NCBI GenBank assembly: GCA_031459875.1
Contig: JAVKHQ010000008.1
Coordinates: 1 to 64,000, forward strand
DNA from: Candidatus Fervidifonticultor sextus
GTDB taxonomy: Bacteria; Sysuimicrobiota; Sysuimicrobiia; Sysuimicrobiales; Humicultoraceae
Direction: 5' to 3'
DNA: 64,000 bases
The stretch's first letter is position 1. Each line of letters begins with the position of its first letter. The position numbers and the translations under genes are program-made. The notes under the pieces were generated by a model. The model did no database searches. It was not told the DNA's origin and was given only the letters and a program-made list of their open reading frames with translations. Shown piece after piece: positions 11,048 through 20,266 of this stretch.

Positions 11048-12469
11048 ATGGAGGACCTACTGCCGGCCGCCGAGCCGTTCCGCATCAAGGCCGTCGAGCC
11101 GATCCGCCGGCTGACCCGGGAGCAGCGCCAGCGCGCCCTGGAGGAGGCCTCCTACAACCTTTTCCTGCTCCGGTCCGAGGACGTCTACATCGACCTGCTG
11201 ACCGACAGCGGGACGTCCGCCATGAGCGACCGCCAGTGGGGCGCGCTGATGGTGGGCGACGAGGCCTACGCCGGGAGCCGGAGCTTCTACCGCTTCCGGC
11301 AGGCCGTGGAGGACGTGCTGGGGTTCGCGCACGTGATCCCCACCCACCAGGGCCGGGGAGCCGAGCATGTCCTGTTCACGACGCTGGTGCAGTCGGGCCA
11401 GTCCGTGATCGGCAACGTCCACTTCGACACGACGCGGGCCCACATCGAGCACCGGGGCGCGACGGCGCTGGACCTGGCCGTGGAAGCCATCCACGATCCG
11501 CAGGATCCCTCGCCGTTCAAAGGCAACCTGGACGTCGAGCGGGCCGACGCCTTTATCCGGGAGGTCGGCCGCGAGGCCGTAGCCCTGATCCACATCACGG
11601 TGACGTGCAACACCGGCGGCGGCCAGCCGGTCTCGATGGCCAGCCTCAAGGCCGTGCGCGCCCTGGCCGACCGCTGGGGCCTCCCGTTCTTCCTGGACGC
11701 CTGCCGGATCGCGGAGAACGCCTACTTCATCCAGCAGCGGGAACCCGGGTATGCGGACAGGGACGTGGCGTCGATCGTCCGCGAGATGTGCGACCTCGCC
11801 GACGGCTGTACCTTCAGCGCCAAGAAGGACGGATTGGCCAACATCGGCGGGTTTGTGGCGTTCAGGGATCCACAACGCTACCGACAGGCGGCGCCGTGGG
11901 CGGTGCTCTTCGAGGGCTTCCTGACCTACGGCGGGCTGGCCGGGCGCGACCTGGAGGCGATTGCCGTGGGGCTCCGCGAGGTGCTGGACCAGCACTATCT
12001 GGCCTGGCGCATCGGTCAGGTGGCCCGGTTGGGCGAGGCGCTGCGCGCCGCCGGGGTGCCGATCGTCGAACCGGTGGGCGGGCATGCGGTCTTCCTCGAC
12101 GCGCGCCGGTTCCTGCCCCATGTGCCGCAGTGGGCCTATCCGGCCCAGGCGCTGGCCTGCGCGCTGTACCTCGACGGCGGGATCCGGGGTGTGGAGATCG
12201 GCGGCGTCATGGCCGGGCGCGACCCCAAGACCGGACAGGAGCGTCCCCCCCGGCTCGAACTGGTGCGGCTGGCGGTGCCCCGCCGGGTCTACACCGATGC
12301 CCATCTGGCGGTGGTCGTCGAGGCCGCCCGGCGCACACTGGCCCGCCGCGACCAGGTGGGCGGAATGCGCTTCGTCTACGAGCCCCCGGTCCTGCGCCAC
12401 TTCACCGCGCACTTCGCGCCGATTCCGGCATCAGAGCTCCGGCGGATGCGCACGACCAGGCCGGCGTAG
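11048..12469 (+). CDS. tnaA: Tryptophanase (PLP beta-eliminating lyase)
   Basis: EPFRIKAVE, DLLTDSGT, HQGRGAE, SAKKD PLP-lysine motif and C-terminal LRHFTA. Tyrosine phenol-lyase typically has SGKKD and LRFFTA. Confidence 0.85.
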   Translation: MEDLLPAAEPFRIKAVEPIRRLTREQRQRALEEASYNLFLLRSEDVYIDLLTDSGTSAMSDRQWGALMVGDEAYAGSRSFYRFRQAVEDVLGFAHVIPTHQGRGAEHVLFTTLVQSGQSVIGNVHFDTTRAHIEHRGATALDLAVEAIHDPQDPSPFKGNLDVERADAFIREVGREAVALIHITVTCNTGGGQPVSMASLKAVRALADRWGLPFFLDACRIAENAYFIQQREPGYADRDVASIVREMCDLADGCTFSAKKDGLANIGGFVAFRDPQRYRQAAPWAVLFEGFLTYGGLAGRDLEAIAVGLREVLDQHYLAWRIGQVARLGEALRAAGVPIVEPVGGHAVFLDARRFLPHVPQWAYPAQALACALYLDGGIRGVEIGGVMAGRDPKTGQERPPRLELVRLAVPRRVYTDAHLAVVVEAARRTLARRDQVGGMRFVYEPPVLRHFTAHFAPIPASELRRMRTTRPA

Positions 12470-12556
12470 GATTCTCCCCCGCCGATGACGAACTGCACCT
12501 GCTGGCGCGGGTTCAAGACGCAGGCGTCCTGCGCCGATTTCGTGTGAGGCGAACCG

Positions 12557-12916
12557 ATGCTGCTGGTCGACTGGCTGTACGTCGGCGTCTTCGCGGTGGT
12601 AGGGTTGATCATGGCGGCACTGCCGCTGGCGCTGGTGTGGGCCCTGGCCCCGCGCGCCTCCCTGCCCCAGAAGCAGATGACCTACGAGTCGGGGGTCGTG
12701 CCCTTCGGCCAGGCCTGGGCCCAGTTCAACGTCCGGTACTACCTCTTCGGGCTGGTCTTCGTGATCTTCGACGTGGAGGTGATCTACCTCTACCCCTGGG
12801 CCATCGTCTTCCGCACCTACGGCGGTTGGGCGTTCGTGGTCATGCTGATCTTCGTGGGCATCCTCCTGCTCGGCCTGGCGCACGCCTGGCGGAAGGGCGC
12901 GCTGGAGTGGACGTAG
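12557..12916 (+). CDS. nuoA: NADH-quinone oxidoreductase subunit A
   Basis: [35 protein letters not shown]. Confidence 0.95.
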   Translation: MLLVDWLYVGVFAVVGLIMAALPLALVWALAPRASLPQKQMTYESGVVPFGQAWAQFNVRYYLFGLVFVIFDVEVIYLYPWAIVFRTYGGWAFVVMLIFVGILLLGLAHAWRKGALEWT

Positions 12917-12926
12917 GGGCCGGGAC

Positions 12927-13907
12927 GTGGTGAACTGGCCCCTGGAGATCCTCAAAGCGGTCGGGCTGGCGGCGGGGATTTTCACCTTCCTGGCCGTCGT
13001 CGCGGCCATGTTCGGGGTGCTCCTGGAGCGCAAGATCGGCGGGTGGATCCAGTCGCGCCTGGGTCCCAAGCACGTGGGCCCCCAGGGCCTGCTCCAGACG
13101 CTGGCCGACACCATCAAGTTGCTCCAGAAGGAACACATCGCTCCTCGGGCGGCGGATGCGGCCGTCTTCAACACCGCGCCGCTGGTGGTGGCGGTCGCGG
13201 GCCTGATGAGCTGGATCGTCATCCCCTTCGGGACGCTCGGCGAGCGGGTGCTGGTCGTCCGCGACCTCAACATCGGCGTGGTGTTCTTCGCGGCGATGAG
13301 CTCCATCACCGTGCTCGGGATCCTCGCCGGCGGGTGGGCGTCCAACAACAAGTACGCGCTGCTGGGCGGGCTACGCTCGGCGTCGCAGATGATCAGCTAC
13401 GAGCTGCCCCTGGCCATGGCGCTGATCGCGGTGGCCCTGGAGGCCGGCACGCTGTCCACCGTGGGCATCGTGAAGGCGCAGGAGGGATGGTTCGGCTCCT
13501 TCGCCTTCCGGCAGTTCCCGGCCATGGTGATCTTCCTGGTGGCGGCGACCGCCGAGGTCAACCGGGTGCCCTTCGACCTGCCGGAGGCCGAATCCGAACT
13601 GGTGGCCGGCTACTTCTCCGAGTACACGGGCATGCGCTTCGCCCTGTTCCAGCTGGGGGAGTACGCCGAGATGTTCGCCATGGCGGCGATGGCCACCACG
13701 CTGTTCCTGGGCGGGTGGAAAGGGCCGGTCCTGCCCCCGCTGGTCTGGTTCCTGCTCAAGATGTACCTGATCGTCTTCCTCTTCATGTGGGTGAGGTGGA
13801 CCTACCCGCGCTACCGGCTGGACCAGCTGCTCAACCTGAGCTGGAAGGTCCTGCTGCCCGCCGGACTGGTGTGGATCATGATCACGGGCTACCGGATGGC
13901 ATTCTAG
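12927..13907 (+). CDS. nuoH: NADH-quinone oxidoreductase subunit H
   Basis: ERKIGGWIQSRLGP, GWASNNKY, SQMISYE, NRVPFDLPEAESELVAGY. Confidence 0.96.
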   Translation: MVNWPLEILKAVGLAAGIFTFLAVVAAMFGVLLERKIGGWIQSRLGPKHVGPQGLLQTLADTIKLLQKEHIAPRAADAAVFNTAPLVVAVAGLMSWIVIPFGTLGERVLVVRDLNIGVVFFAAMSSITVLGILAGGWASNNKYALLGGLRSASQMISYELPLAMALIAVALEAGTLSTVGIVKAQEGWFGSFAFRQFPAMVIFLVAATAEVNRVPFDLPEAESELVAGYFSEYTGMRFALFQLGEYAEMFAMAAMATTLFLGGWKGPVLPPLVWFLLKMYLIVFLFMWVRWTYPRYRLDQLLNLSWKVLLPAGLVWIMITGYRMAF

Positions 13908-13910
13908 GCC

Positions 13911-14402
13911 ATGGGCGAACTGGCGGCGTTTATCATCCTCTCGGCGATCACCCTGGTCTCCGCAGCGGTGGTGGTGACGTCGGGGAACATCGTGCGCAGC
14001 GGCCTGTCGCTGGTGCCCACGCTGCTGGGGGTCGCCGGGCTCTACGTCCTCCTGCAGGCGGAGTTCGTCGCCGGCATCCAGGTGCTGATCTACGTGGGCG
14101 CCATCACGGTGCTGATCCTGTTCGTCATCATGCTGACCCAGGGGGGGACCGGCGTGCGCGTCCGGCAGACGACGGGGCAGCTGCCGGCGGGGATGCTGAC
14201 CAGCGCGGTGCTGGCGGCGCTGCTGATCGCCGTCTTCCGGGGAACCGTCTGGCCCTCGCTGGCCGGGACGTTGCCCCAGTACACCGCCGGGCCCATCGGC
14301 GCCACCTTCCTGACGAGCGCCATCCTCGTGTTCCTGGTGGCGAGCTTCGTCTTGCTGGTGGCGTTGATGGGCGCCATCATCATCGCACGGCGGGAACGCT
14401 AG
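13911..14402 (+). CDS. nuoJ: NADH-quinone oxidoreductase subunit J
   Basis: AEFVAGIQVLIYVGAITVLILFVIML. Confidence 0.93.
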   Translation: MGELAAFIILSAITLVSAAVVVTSGNIVRSGLSLVPTLLGVAGLYVLLQAEFVAGIQVLIYVGAITVLILFVIMLTQGGTGVRVRQTTGQLPAGMLTSAVLAALLIAVFRGTVWPSLAGTLPQYTAGPIGATFLTSAILVFLVASFVLLVALMGAIIIARRER

Positions 14403-14417
14403 GAGGACGCGGGGACC

Positions 14418-14729
14418 GTGCAGGTCGGCCTGCTCCACTACCTGGTCGTCAGCGCCTTGCTCTTCTGCCTGGGATTGTACGGGGTGCTGACCCGGCGGAA
14501 CACCGTCGCCATTCTCATGGGCATCGAACTCATGCTCAACGCGGCCAACATCAACCTGGTGGCGTTTAACAAGTACGTGGCGCCAGGGGCGCTGTCCGGC
14601 CAGATTTTCGCCCTGGTGGTCATCACCCTGGCCGCCGCCGAGGCGGGCGTGGGCCTGGCCCTGGTCATGGCGGCCTACCGCAACCTGGAGACCGTGCACG
14701 TGGACGAGATCAACATCATGAAGTGGTAG
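14418..14729 (+). CDS. nuoK: NADH-quinone oxidoreductase subunit K
   Basis: [28 protein letters not shown]. Confidence 0.95.
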   Translation: MQVGLLHYLVVSALLFCLGLYGVLTRRNTVAILMGIELMLNAANINLVAFNKYVAPGALSGQIFALVVITLAAAEAGVGLALVMAAYRNLETVHVDEINIMKW

Positions 14730-14733
14730 CCGG

Positions 14734-16671
14734 ATGCGCGAGCTGGCCTGGCTGATTCCGCTGTTCCCGTTCGCGGCCTTCGGCCTGATCGTCGCCTTCG
14801 GCCGGCGCCTGCCCGGGCAGGGCGCCTACGTGGCGGTCGGCAGCCTGGCGATCGCGGCGGTGCTCTCGCTGGGGATCTTCGCCGAGATGCTGACCGGGGC
14901 CGGGCCGCTGGACCACAACGTCCGGTGGATGGTCCTGGGCAGTCTCCCCCTGGACCTGGGCGTCCAGGTGGATCCCCTGACCACCGTCATGCTCCTGGTG
15001 GTCACCGTGGTCGGCTCCATGATCTTCATCTACTCCATCGGCTACATGCACGGCGATCCGCGCTACCCGCGCTTCTTCGCCTACCTGTCGCTGTTCGCCG
15101 GCTCGATGCTGCTGCTGGTGCTGGCCAACAACCTGCTGTTCCTCTATGTGGGCTGGGAACTGGTGGGCCTGTGCTCCTACCTGCTGATCGGCTTCTGGTT
15201 CGAGCGTCCGGCCGCGGCGCGGGCGTCCATGAAGGCGTTCGTCACCACGCGGGTCGGCGACTTCTTCATGTTCCTGGGACTGCTGCTGGTCTTCTTCCAC
15301 CTGGGGACGTTCCGGTTCGAGGAGATCTTCACGAAGGTCTCCGGCGGCGCGCTGAGCGGGACCGTCGGGGGCCTCCCGCTGGTGAGCCTGGCCGCGGTGC
15401 TCCTGTTCGGCGGGGCGGTGGGGAAGTCGGCGCAATTCCCCCTGCACACCTGGCTGCCCGACGCCATGGAGGGCCCCACTCCGGTCTCCGCCCTGATCCA
15501 CGCGGCCACCATGGTGGCTGCGGGGGTCTACATGGTCGCCCGGACCTACACGCTGTTCTTGGCCTCGCCCGGCTGGGCGGCGCTGGAGGTGGTGGCCTAT
15601 ATCGGCGGGATCACCGCGCTCATGGCCGCCACCATGGGCGTCGTGCAGGACGACATCAAGCGCGTGCTGGCCTATTCCACCATCAGCCAGCTCGGCCTGA
15701 TGATGATGGGACTGGGGGCAGGCGGCTACACCGCCGGGATGTTCCACCTGATGACGCACGCCTTCTTCAAGGCGCTGCTGTTCCTGGGGGCCGGCAGCGT
15801 CATCCACGCCATGCACACCAACGACATCAAGGCGATGGGGGGCCTGGCCAGGAGCATGCCGGCCACCTACTGGTCGTTCCTGGTCGGTGCGCTGGCGCTG
15901 TCTGGCGTCTTTCCCTTTGCCGGCTTCTGGAGCAAGGACGAGATCCTGGCCGAGGCACTGCACCGCAGCCCGGTGCTCTTCGCCCTGGGCGCGCTGACTT
16001 CGTTCCTCACGGCCTTCTACATGTTCCGGGTCGTCTTCTACACCTTTGCCGGGACGCCGTGCGGCCACCACCCGCACGAGAGCCCGCCGGTGATGACGCG
16101 GCCGCTGTGGGTCCTGGCCGCCTTCTCGGCCGTGGTGGGGTTGGTCGGTGCGCCCCTGCCGGGTGGCAGCCCGTTCCACCACTTCCTGCACCTGGAGGGC
16201 GTCGAGGCCGTTCCGTTCGACGCGGGCCTGGCGCTGATCTCGCTGGGAATCGCCGGGGCGGGCATCCTGGCGGCGGCGGCCGTCTACCACTGGAGGGTCG
16301 TCCCCTCACAGTCCCTGCGCCGGGCTGCCGGTCCCCTGTACGGGCTGGTGGTCCACAAGTATTACGTCGATGAACTGTACGCGGTGCTGTTCGTCCGGCC
16401 CACGGTGGCGGCCGCGCGCTACCTGCGGACGTTCGACGTGTACGTGGTGGACATGCTGGTGAACCTGTTCGGGTACCTCGGCGTGGGCCTGGCGCGCCTG
16501 TACCGGGTCTTCGACCTGTACGTGGTGGACGGCATCGTGAACCTGCTGGGGTGGGTCGTGAAGGCGATGGGGTCCACGTTCCGGTACGTCCAGACCGGCC
16601 GCGCGCAGAACTACCTGCTGGCCATCGCCCTGGGCGTGATCGTCCTGTGGGTGGCGGGACTCGTTCGGTAG
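14734..16671 (+). CDS. nuoL: NADH-quinone oxidoreductase subunit L, with extended C-terminal amphipathic helix
   Basis: GWELVGLCSYLLIGFW, GKSAQFPLHTWLPDAMEGPTPVSALIHAATMV, YSTISQLG, HAFFKALLFL. Confidence 0.96.
   Translation: MRELAWLIPLFPFAAFGLIVAFGRRLPGQGAYVAVGSLAIAAVLSLGIFAEMLTGAGPLDHNVRWMVLGSLPLDLGVQVDPLTTVMLLVVTVVGSMIFIYSIGYMHGDPRYPRFFAYLSLFAGSMLLLVLANNLLFLYVGWELVGLCSYLLIGFWFERPAAARASMKAFVTTRVGDFFMFLGLLLVFFHLGTFRFEEIFTKVSGGALSGTVGGLPLVSLAAVLLFGGAVGKSAQFPLHTWLPDAMEGPTPVSALIHAATMVAAGVYMVARTYTLFLASPGWAALEVVAYIGGITALMAATMGVVQDDIKRVLAYSTISQLGLMMMGLGAGGYTAGMFHLMTHAFFKALLFLGAGSVIHAMHTNDIKAMGGLARSMPATYWSFLVGALALSGVFPFAGFWSKDEILAEALHRSPVLFALGALTSFLTAFYMFRVVFYTFAGTPCGHHPHESPPVMTRPLWVLAAFSAVVGLVGAPLPGGSPFHHFLHLEGVEAVPFDAGLALISLGIAGAGILAAAAVYHWRVVPSQSLRRAAGPLYGLVVHKYYVDELYAVLFVRPTVAAARYLRTFDVYVVDMLVNLFGYLGVGLARLYRVFDLYVVDGIVNLLGWVVKAMGSTFRYVQTGRAQNYLLAIALGVIVLWVAGLVR
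16432..16587 (+). repeat. Degenerate 78-bp (26-aa) tandem duplication within the nuoL 3' end
   Basis: ttcgacgtgtacgtggtggacatgctggtgaacctg at 16432 versus ttcgacctgtacgtggtggacggcatcgtgaacctg at 16510 (FDVYVVDMLVNL / FDLYVVDGIVNL). Confidence 0.85.
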
Positions 16672-16728
16672 ACGCCGGTACGGGTCGCGCGGGGTTGACG
16701 GGGATCGGGTGAGGAGGAAGGGAGGCGC

Positions 16729-18237
16729 ATGGAGCGCTACCTGCTGACGCTGACGGTGTTCCTCCCGCTGGCAGGCGGGGTCATCATCCTGCTCATCCCC
16801 AAGGGAGGGGAGCGGCTGATGAAGCAGGTGGCGACCACCGCCTCGCTGCTGACCTTCCTGGTCTCGCTGTGGCTCCTGGTCCCCTACGAGGTCGGCCAGC
16901 CCGGCATGCAGCTCGTCGAGCGCTACCTCTGGATCCCCGGGATCGGGATCCACTACCACCTGGGGATCGACGGGCTGAGCCTGCCGCTGGTCATCCTCAC
17001 CACCCTGCTGTCGCTGGTGTCCATCGTGTACTCGTGGCGGATCGACCTGCGCCTGAAGGAATACCTGTTCCTCTTCCTCCTGCTGGAGACCGGCATGCTG
17101 GGCGTCTTCGCGGCCCTCGACTTCTTCCTCTTCTACGTGTTCTGGGAAATCACGCTGGTGCCCATGTACTTCCTGATCGGTATCTGGGGCGGGCCCCGCC
17201 GGGAGTACGCCGCCATCAAGTTCTTCCTGTACACGCTGGTCGGCTCGCTGGCCATGCTGCTGGCCATCCTGCTGCTGTACTTCCACGCCGAGCCGCGCAC
17301 CTTCGGCATCCTGGAACTGATCCAGCAGCAGCCGCTGGCCGGCGCCCCCCTGCTGGCGTCGCTGGCCTTCTGGGGCTTCTTCCTGTCCTTCGCCATCAAG
17401 GTCCCCATGTGGCCGTTCCACACCTGGCTACCCGACGCCCACGTCGAGGCGCCGACCGCCGGCAGCGTCATCCTGGCCGGCATCCTGCTGAAACTGGGAA
17501 CGTACGGCTTCGTGCGGATCAGCCTGCCCATGCTCCCCGAGACCTTCAAGCAGTACGCCTTCGTCATCGCGGTGCTGGCGCTGTTGGGGATCGTCTACGG
17601 CGCGCTGGTGGCCATGGCCCAATCCGACCTCAAGAAGCTGGTGGCGTACTCCAGCGTCAACCACATGGGCTACGTGATGCTGGGGACCGCCGCCGCGGCC
17701 GCCGCCGTCGGGGTGCCCGAGAAGGCCCAGGCCGCGACCATCGCCCTCAACGGAGCCGTGTTTGAGATGGTCGCCCACGGCATCATCACCGGGGCCCTGT
17801 TCCTGATCGTGGGGGTCATCTACGACTACCGGGCGCACGTCCGCGGGGTCGACGACTTCGGGGGGCTGGGCGCGCAGTTGCCCCTCTACGCCGGGATCAC
17901 CAGCATGGCCATGCTGGCGTCGTTGGGCCTCCCGGGCCTGATGGGGTTCGTGGCGGAGTTTTTGGTCTTCGTGGGGTCTTTCGGGGTGTTCCCCGAACTC
18001 ACGGTCATTGCGGTGACCGGGGTCATCTTCACCGCGGCCATGTTCCTGTGGACGATCCAGCGGATCTTCCTCGGCCCGGCGAATCCGCGCTGGGCGCAGC
18101 TGCCCGACCTGGACCGCCGCGAGGTGATCGCGCTGGCCCCGCTGGCGGCGGTCATGCTGGTCTTCGGGATCTACCCGAAGCCGCTGCTGGATGTCATCAA
18201 CGCCGCCATGACCGTGTTGGTGAGCGCGCTCCGGTAG
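16729..18237 (+). CDS. nuoM: NADH-quinone oxidoreductase subunit M
   Basis: FYVFWEITLVPMYFLIGIWG, AIKVPMWPFHTWLPDAHVEAP, LKLGTYG, YSSVNHMG. Confidence 0.96.
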   Translation: MERYLLTLTVFLPLAGGVIILLIPKGGERLMKQVATTASLLTFLVSLWLLVPYEVGQPGMQLVERYLWIPGIGIHYHLGIDGLSLPLVILTTLLSLVSIVYSWRIDLRLKEYLFLFLLLETGMLGVFAALDFFLFYVFWEITLVPMYFLIGIWGGPRREYAAIKFFLYTLVGSLAMLLAILLLYFHAEPRTFGILELIQQQPLAGAPLLASLAFWGFFLSFAIKVPMWPFHTWLPDAHVEAPTAGSVILAGILLKLGTYGFVRISLPMLPETFKQYAFVIAVLALLGIVYGALVAMAQSDLKKLVAYSSVNHMGYVMLGTAAAAAAVGVPEKAQAATIALNGAVFEMVAHGIITGALFLIVGVIYDYRAHVRGVDDFGGLGAQLPLYAGITSMAMLASLGLPGLMGFVAEFLVFVGSFGVFPELTVIAVTGVIFTAAMFLWTIQRIFLGPANPRWAQLPDLDRREVIALAPLAAVMLVFGIYPKPLLDVINAAMTVLVSALR

Positions 18238-18246
18238 GGAGCCCCG

Positions 18247-19689
18247 ATGCCGCTGCCGCCCGAAGAACTCCTGCTGCTGGCCCCGGAGTCCTGGCTGGCG
18301 GGGCTGGGGCTGGCGCTGCTGGTCCTCGACCTCTTCGTCCCCGACGGCCGCAAGAGCATCGTGGGGTGGGCGGCGGTCGTCGGCCTGGCGCTGGGGCTGC
18401 TCCCCGTCGTCGGGGTGCTCGGGGGACCGCCGCGGACCGTGTTCTTCAACACCTACGCCGTGGACGGATTCGCCGTGTTCTTCAAGCTCATCGCGGTAAC
18501 GGCTACGATCCTCGTGATCCTGTCGGCGATGGACGCCCTGCGGGGCCGGACGCGCTTCGAGGGCGAACTGTACATCCTGCTGACGTTCACCGCGCTGGGC
18601 CTGACCCTGATGGCGGCCAGCGCCGACCTGATCCTGCTGGCGCTGTCCATCGAGTTCGTGAGCCTGTGTTCCTACGTGATGGCCGGCTATTTCAAAGCCG
18701 ACGCGCGCAGCAACGAGGCCGGAATCAAGTACTTCCTGTTCGGGGCCGGGTCGTCGGCGGTGATGCTCTACGGCTTCTCGATCCTCTACGGGCTGACCGG
18801 GCAGACCAATCTATACGCCATCGCCGACGCGCTGCGGACCGCGCCGCAGCCCGCCCTGATCCTGGCCGTGGCGCTGTCGCTGGCAGGATTCGGGTTCAAG
18901 ATCTCCATGGTGCCCTTCCACCAGTGGGCGCCGGACGTCTACGAAGGGGCGCCGACGCCGGTGGCGGCGTATCTCTCGGTGGCGGCCAAGGCCGCGGGCT
19001 ACGCGGCCCTGGTGCGGTTCCTGGTGGTGGCGATTGCGCCCAGCGCCGTCGACTGGGTCACCCTGGTGGCCGGGTTGTCGGCGATCACCATGACGCTGGG
19101 CAACCTGCTGGCCCTGCCCCAGCGCAACATCAAGCGGATGCTGGCCTACTCCAGCATCTCGCACGCCGGTTTCCTGTTGATGGGCGTGGCCGCCTACCGG
19201 GGCGACTTCGGCGCGCCGGGGCTGCTGATCTACATCCTGGCCTATACCTTCACGAACCTGGGGGCCTTCTTCGTGGCGGTCGCGGTAGGCCAGCGGCTCG
19301 GCTCGGACGACATTCCCGACTACGCCGGCCTGATGCAGCGAGCGCCGGCCCTGGCAGTCATGATGGCGCTGTTCATGCTCTCGCTCACCGGGATCCCCCC
19401 CACGGCGGGCTTCTTCGGGAAGTTCTACATCTTCGGTGCGGCCGTCGCCAGCGATCTGCTCTGGCTGGCCGTGGTCGGGGTCGCCAACAGCGTCGTGTCC
19501 CTGTACTACTACGTGGGGGTCATCCGCGCCATGTTCCTGCTGCCGGCATCGTCGGCAGAGCCGCTGGTCGAGCCGCCCGCCCTGCGGCTGGCGCTGGGGA
19601 TTGCCGCGCTGGGCACGCTGGTGGTCGGCCTCTACCCGCAGCCGTTCGTCGAACTGGTGGTGGCGGCGTCGCTGCTGCTGAAGATCTAG
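18247..19689 (+). CDS. nuoN: NADH-quinone oxidoreductase subunit N
   Basis: EAGIKYF, GFKISMVPFHQWAPDVYEGAPTP, KRMLAYSSISHAG, GIPPTAGFFGK. Confidence 0.96.
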   Translation: MPLPPEELLLLAPESWLAGLGLALLVLDLFVPDGRKSIVGWAAVVGLALGLLPVVGVLGGPPRTVFFNTYAVDGFAVFFKLIAVTATILVILSAMDALRGRTRFEGELYILLTFTALGLTLMAASADLILLALSIEFVSLCSYVMAGYFKADARSNEAGIKYFLFGAGSSAVMLYGFSILYGLTGQTNLYAIADALRTAPQPALILAVALSLAGFGFKISMVPFHQWAPDVYEGAPTPVAAYLSVAAKAAGYAALVRFLVVAIAPSAVDWVTLVAGLSAITMTLGNLLALPQRNIKRMLAYSSISHAGFLLMGVAAYRGDFGAPGLLIYILAYTFTNLGAFFVAVAVGQRLGSDDIPDYAGLMQRAPALAVMMALFMLSLTGIPPTAGFFGKFYIFGAAVASDLLWLAVVGVANSVVSLYYYVGVIRAMFLLPASSAEPLVEPPALRLALGIAALGTLVVGLYPQPFVELVVAASLLLKI

Positions 19690-19796
19690 CCGGCCTCGCG
19701 CCCTCGCGGCGCGGCGAGCCCGCGTCGTCGGCAGCCCGCGCCACCATGGAATGGCGAAAAGCCGCGTCCTGCCTGCATTCACGCACGCGCGGCGCC

Positions 19797-19825
19797 TTGA
19801 CGCATCGGGAGGCCTTTGCTATTCT
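19797..19825 (+). promoter_or_regulatory. Sigma70-type promoter for the V/A-ATPase operon
   Basis: TTGACG (19797-19802), 17-bp spacer ending TGC, TATTCT (19820-19825). Confidence 0.6.
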
Positions 19826-19842
19826 CGCTCAGGGAGTACTCC

Positions 19843-19873
19843 CCCCAGGACGCCTCGTCCTGGGGATTTTCTT
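19843..19873 (+). terminator. GC-rich hairpin followed by a T-rich tract (terminator- or attenuator-like)
   Basis: CCCCAGGACG-cct-CGTCCTGGGG perfect 10-bp stem followed by ATTTTCTT. Confidence 0.5.
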
Positions 19874-19900
19874 GTGACGGGTTCCCAGAGGTCAGCCAGC

Positions 19901-20266
19901 ATGGGGGCGCGGAAAGCCGGAGGCCACGGGGGCGATCACCGCACCAGCGACGACCTGCTCCAGCTCCTCGCCGCCAAAGAACGGGAACTCGAAGCGCTGG
20001 TGGCCGCCGCGCGCGACGAAGCGGCGGCCACGGTCGCCCGGGCCCGCGCCGAGGCCGAGCAGATCCTGCGCGCGGCGAAGGAGCAGGCCGCCTCGCTGGC
20101 CGCGGAGCAGGAGCAGCGGGTGGCCGCCGAGGTGGTCCGCATCCAGCAGGAGGCGGAGGCCCGAGCCGCCGGGGAGGTCGAGGTCCTGCGCCGGCGGGCG
20201 TCAGGGCGCCTGGAGGCCGCGGTCCGGCACGTGGTCGACCGCGTGGTGAAAGGAACCGCGGCATGA
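19901..20266 (+). CDS. V/A-type ATPase peripheral stalk subunit G (H)
   Basis: Ala/Glu/Arg-rich coiled coil; first gene of the operon, overlapping the subunit I start. Confidence 0.75.
   Translation: MGARKAGGHGGDHRTSDDLLQLLAAKERELEALVAAARDEAAATVARARAEAEQILRAAKEQAASLAAEQEQRVAAEVVRIQQEAEARAAGEVEVLRRRASGRLEAAVRHVVDRVVKGTAA

Noticed and set aside
14734..19689. Mrp Na+/H+ antiporter instead of complex I
   Set aside because: NuoA and NuoH are present, MrpE/F/G are absent, and the motifs are Nuo-type.
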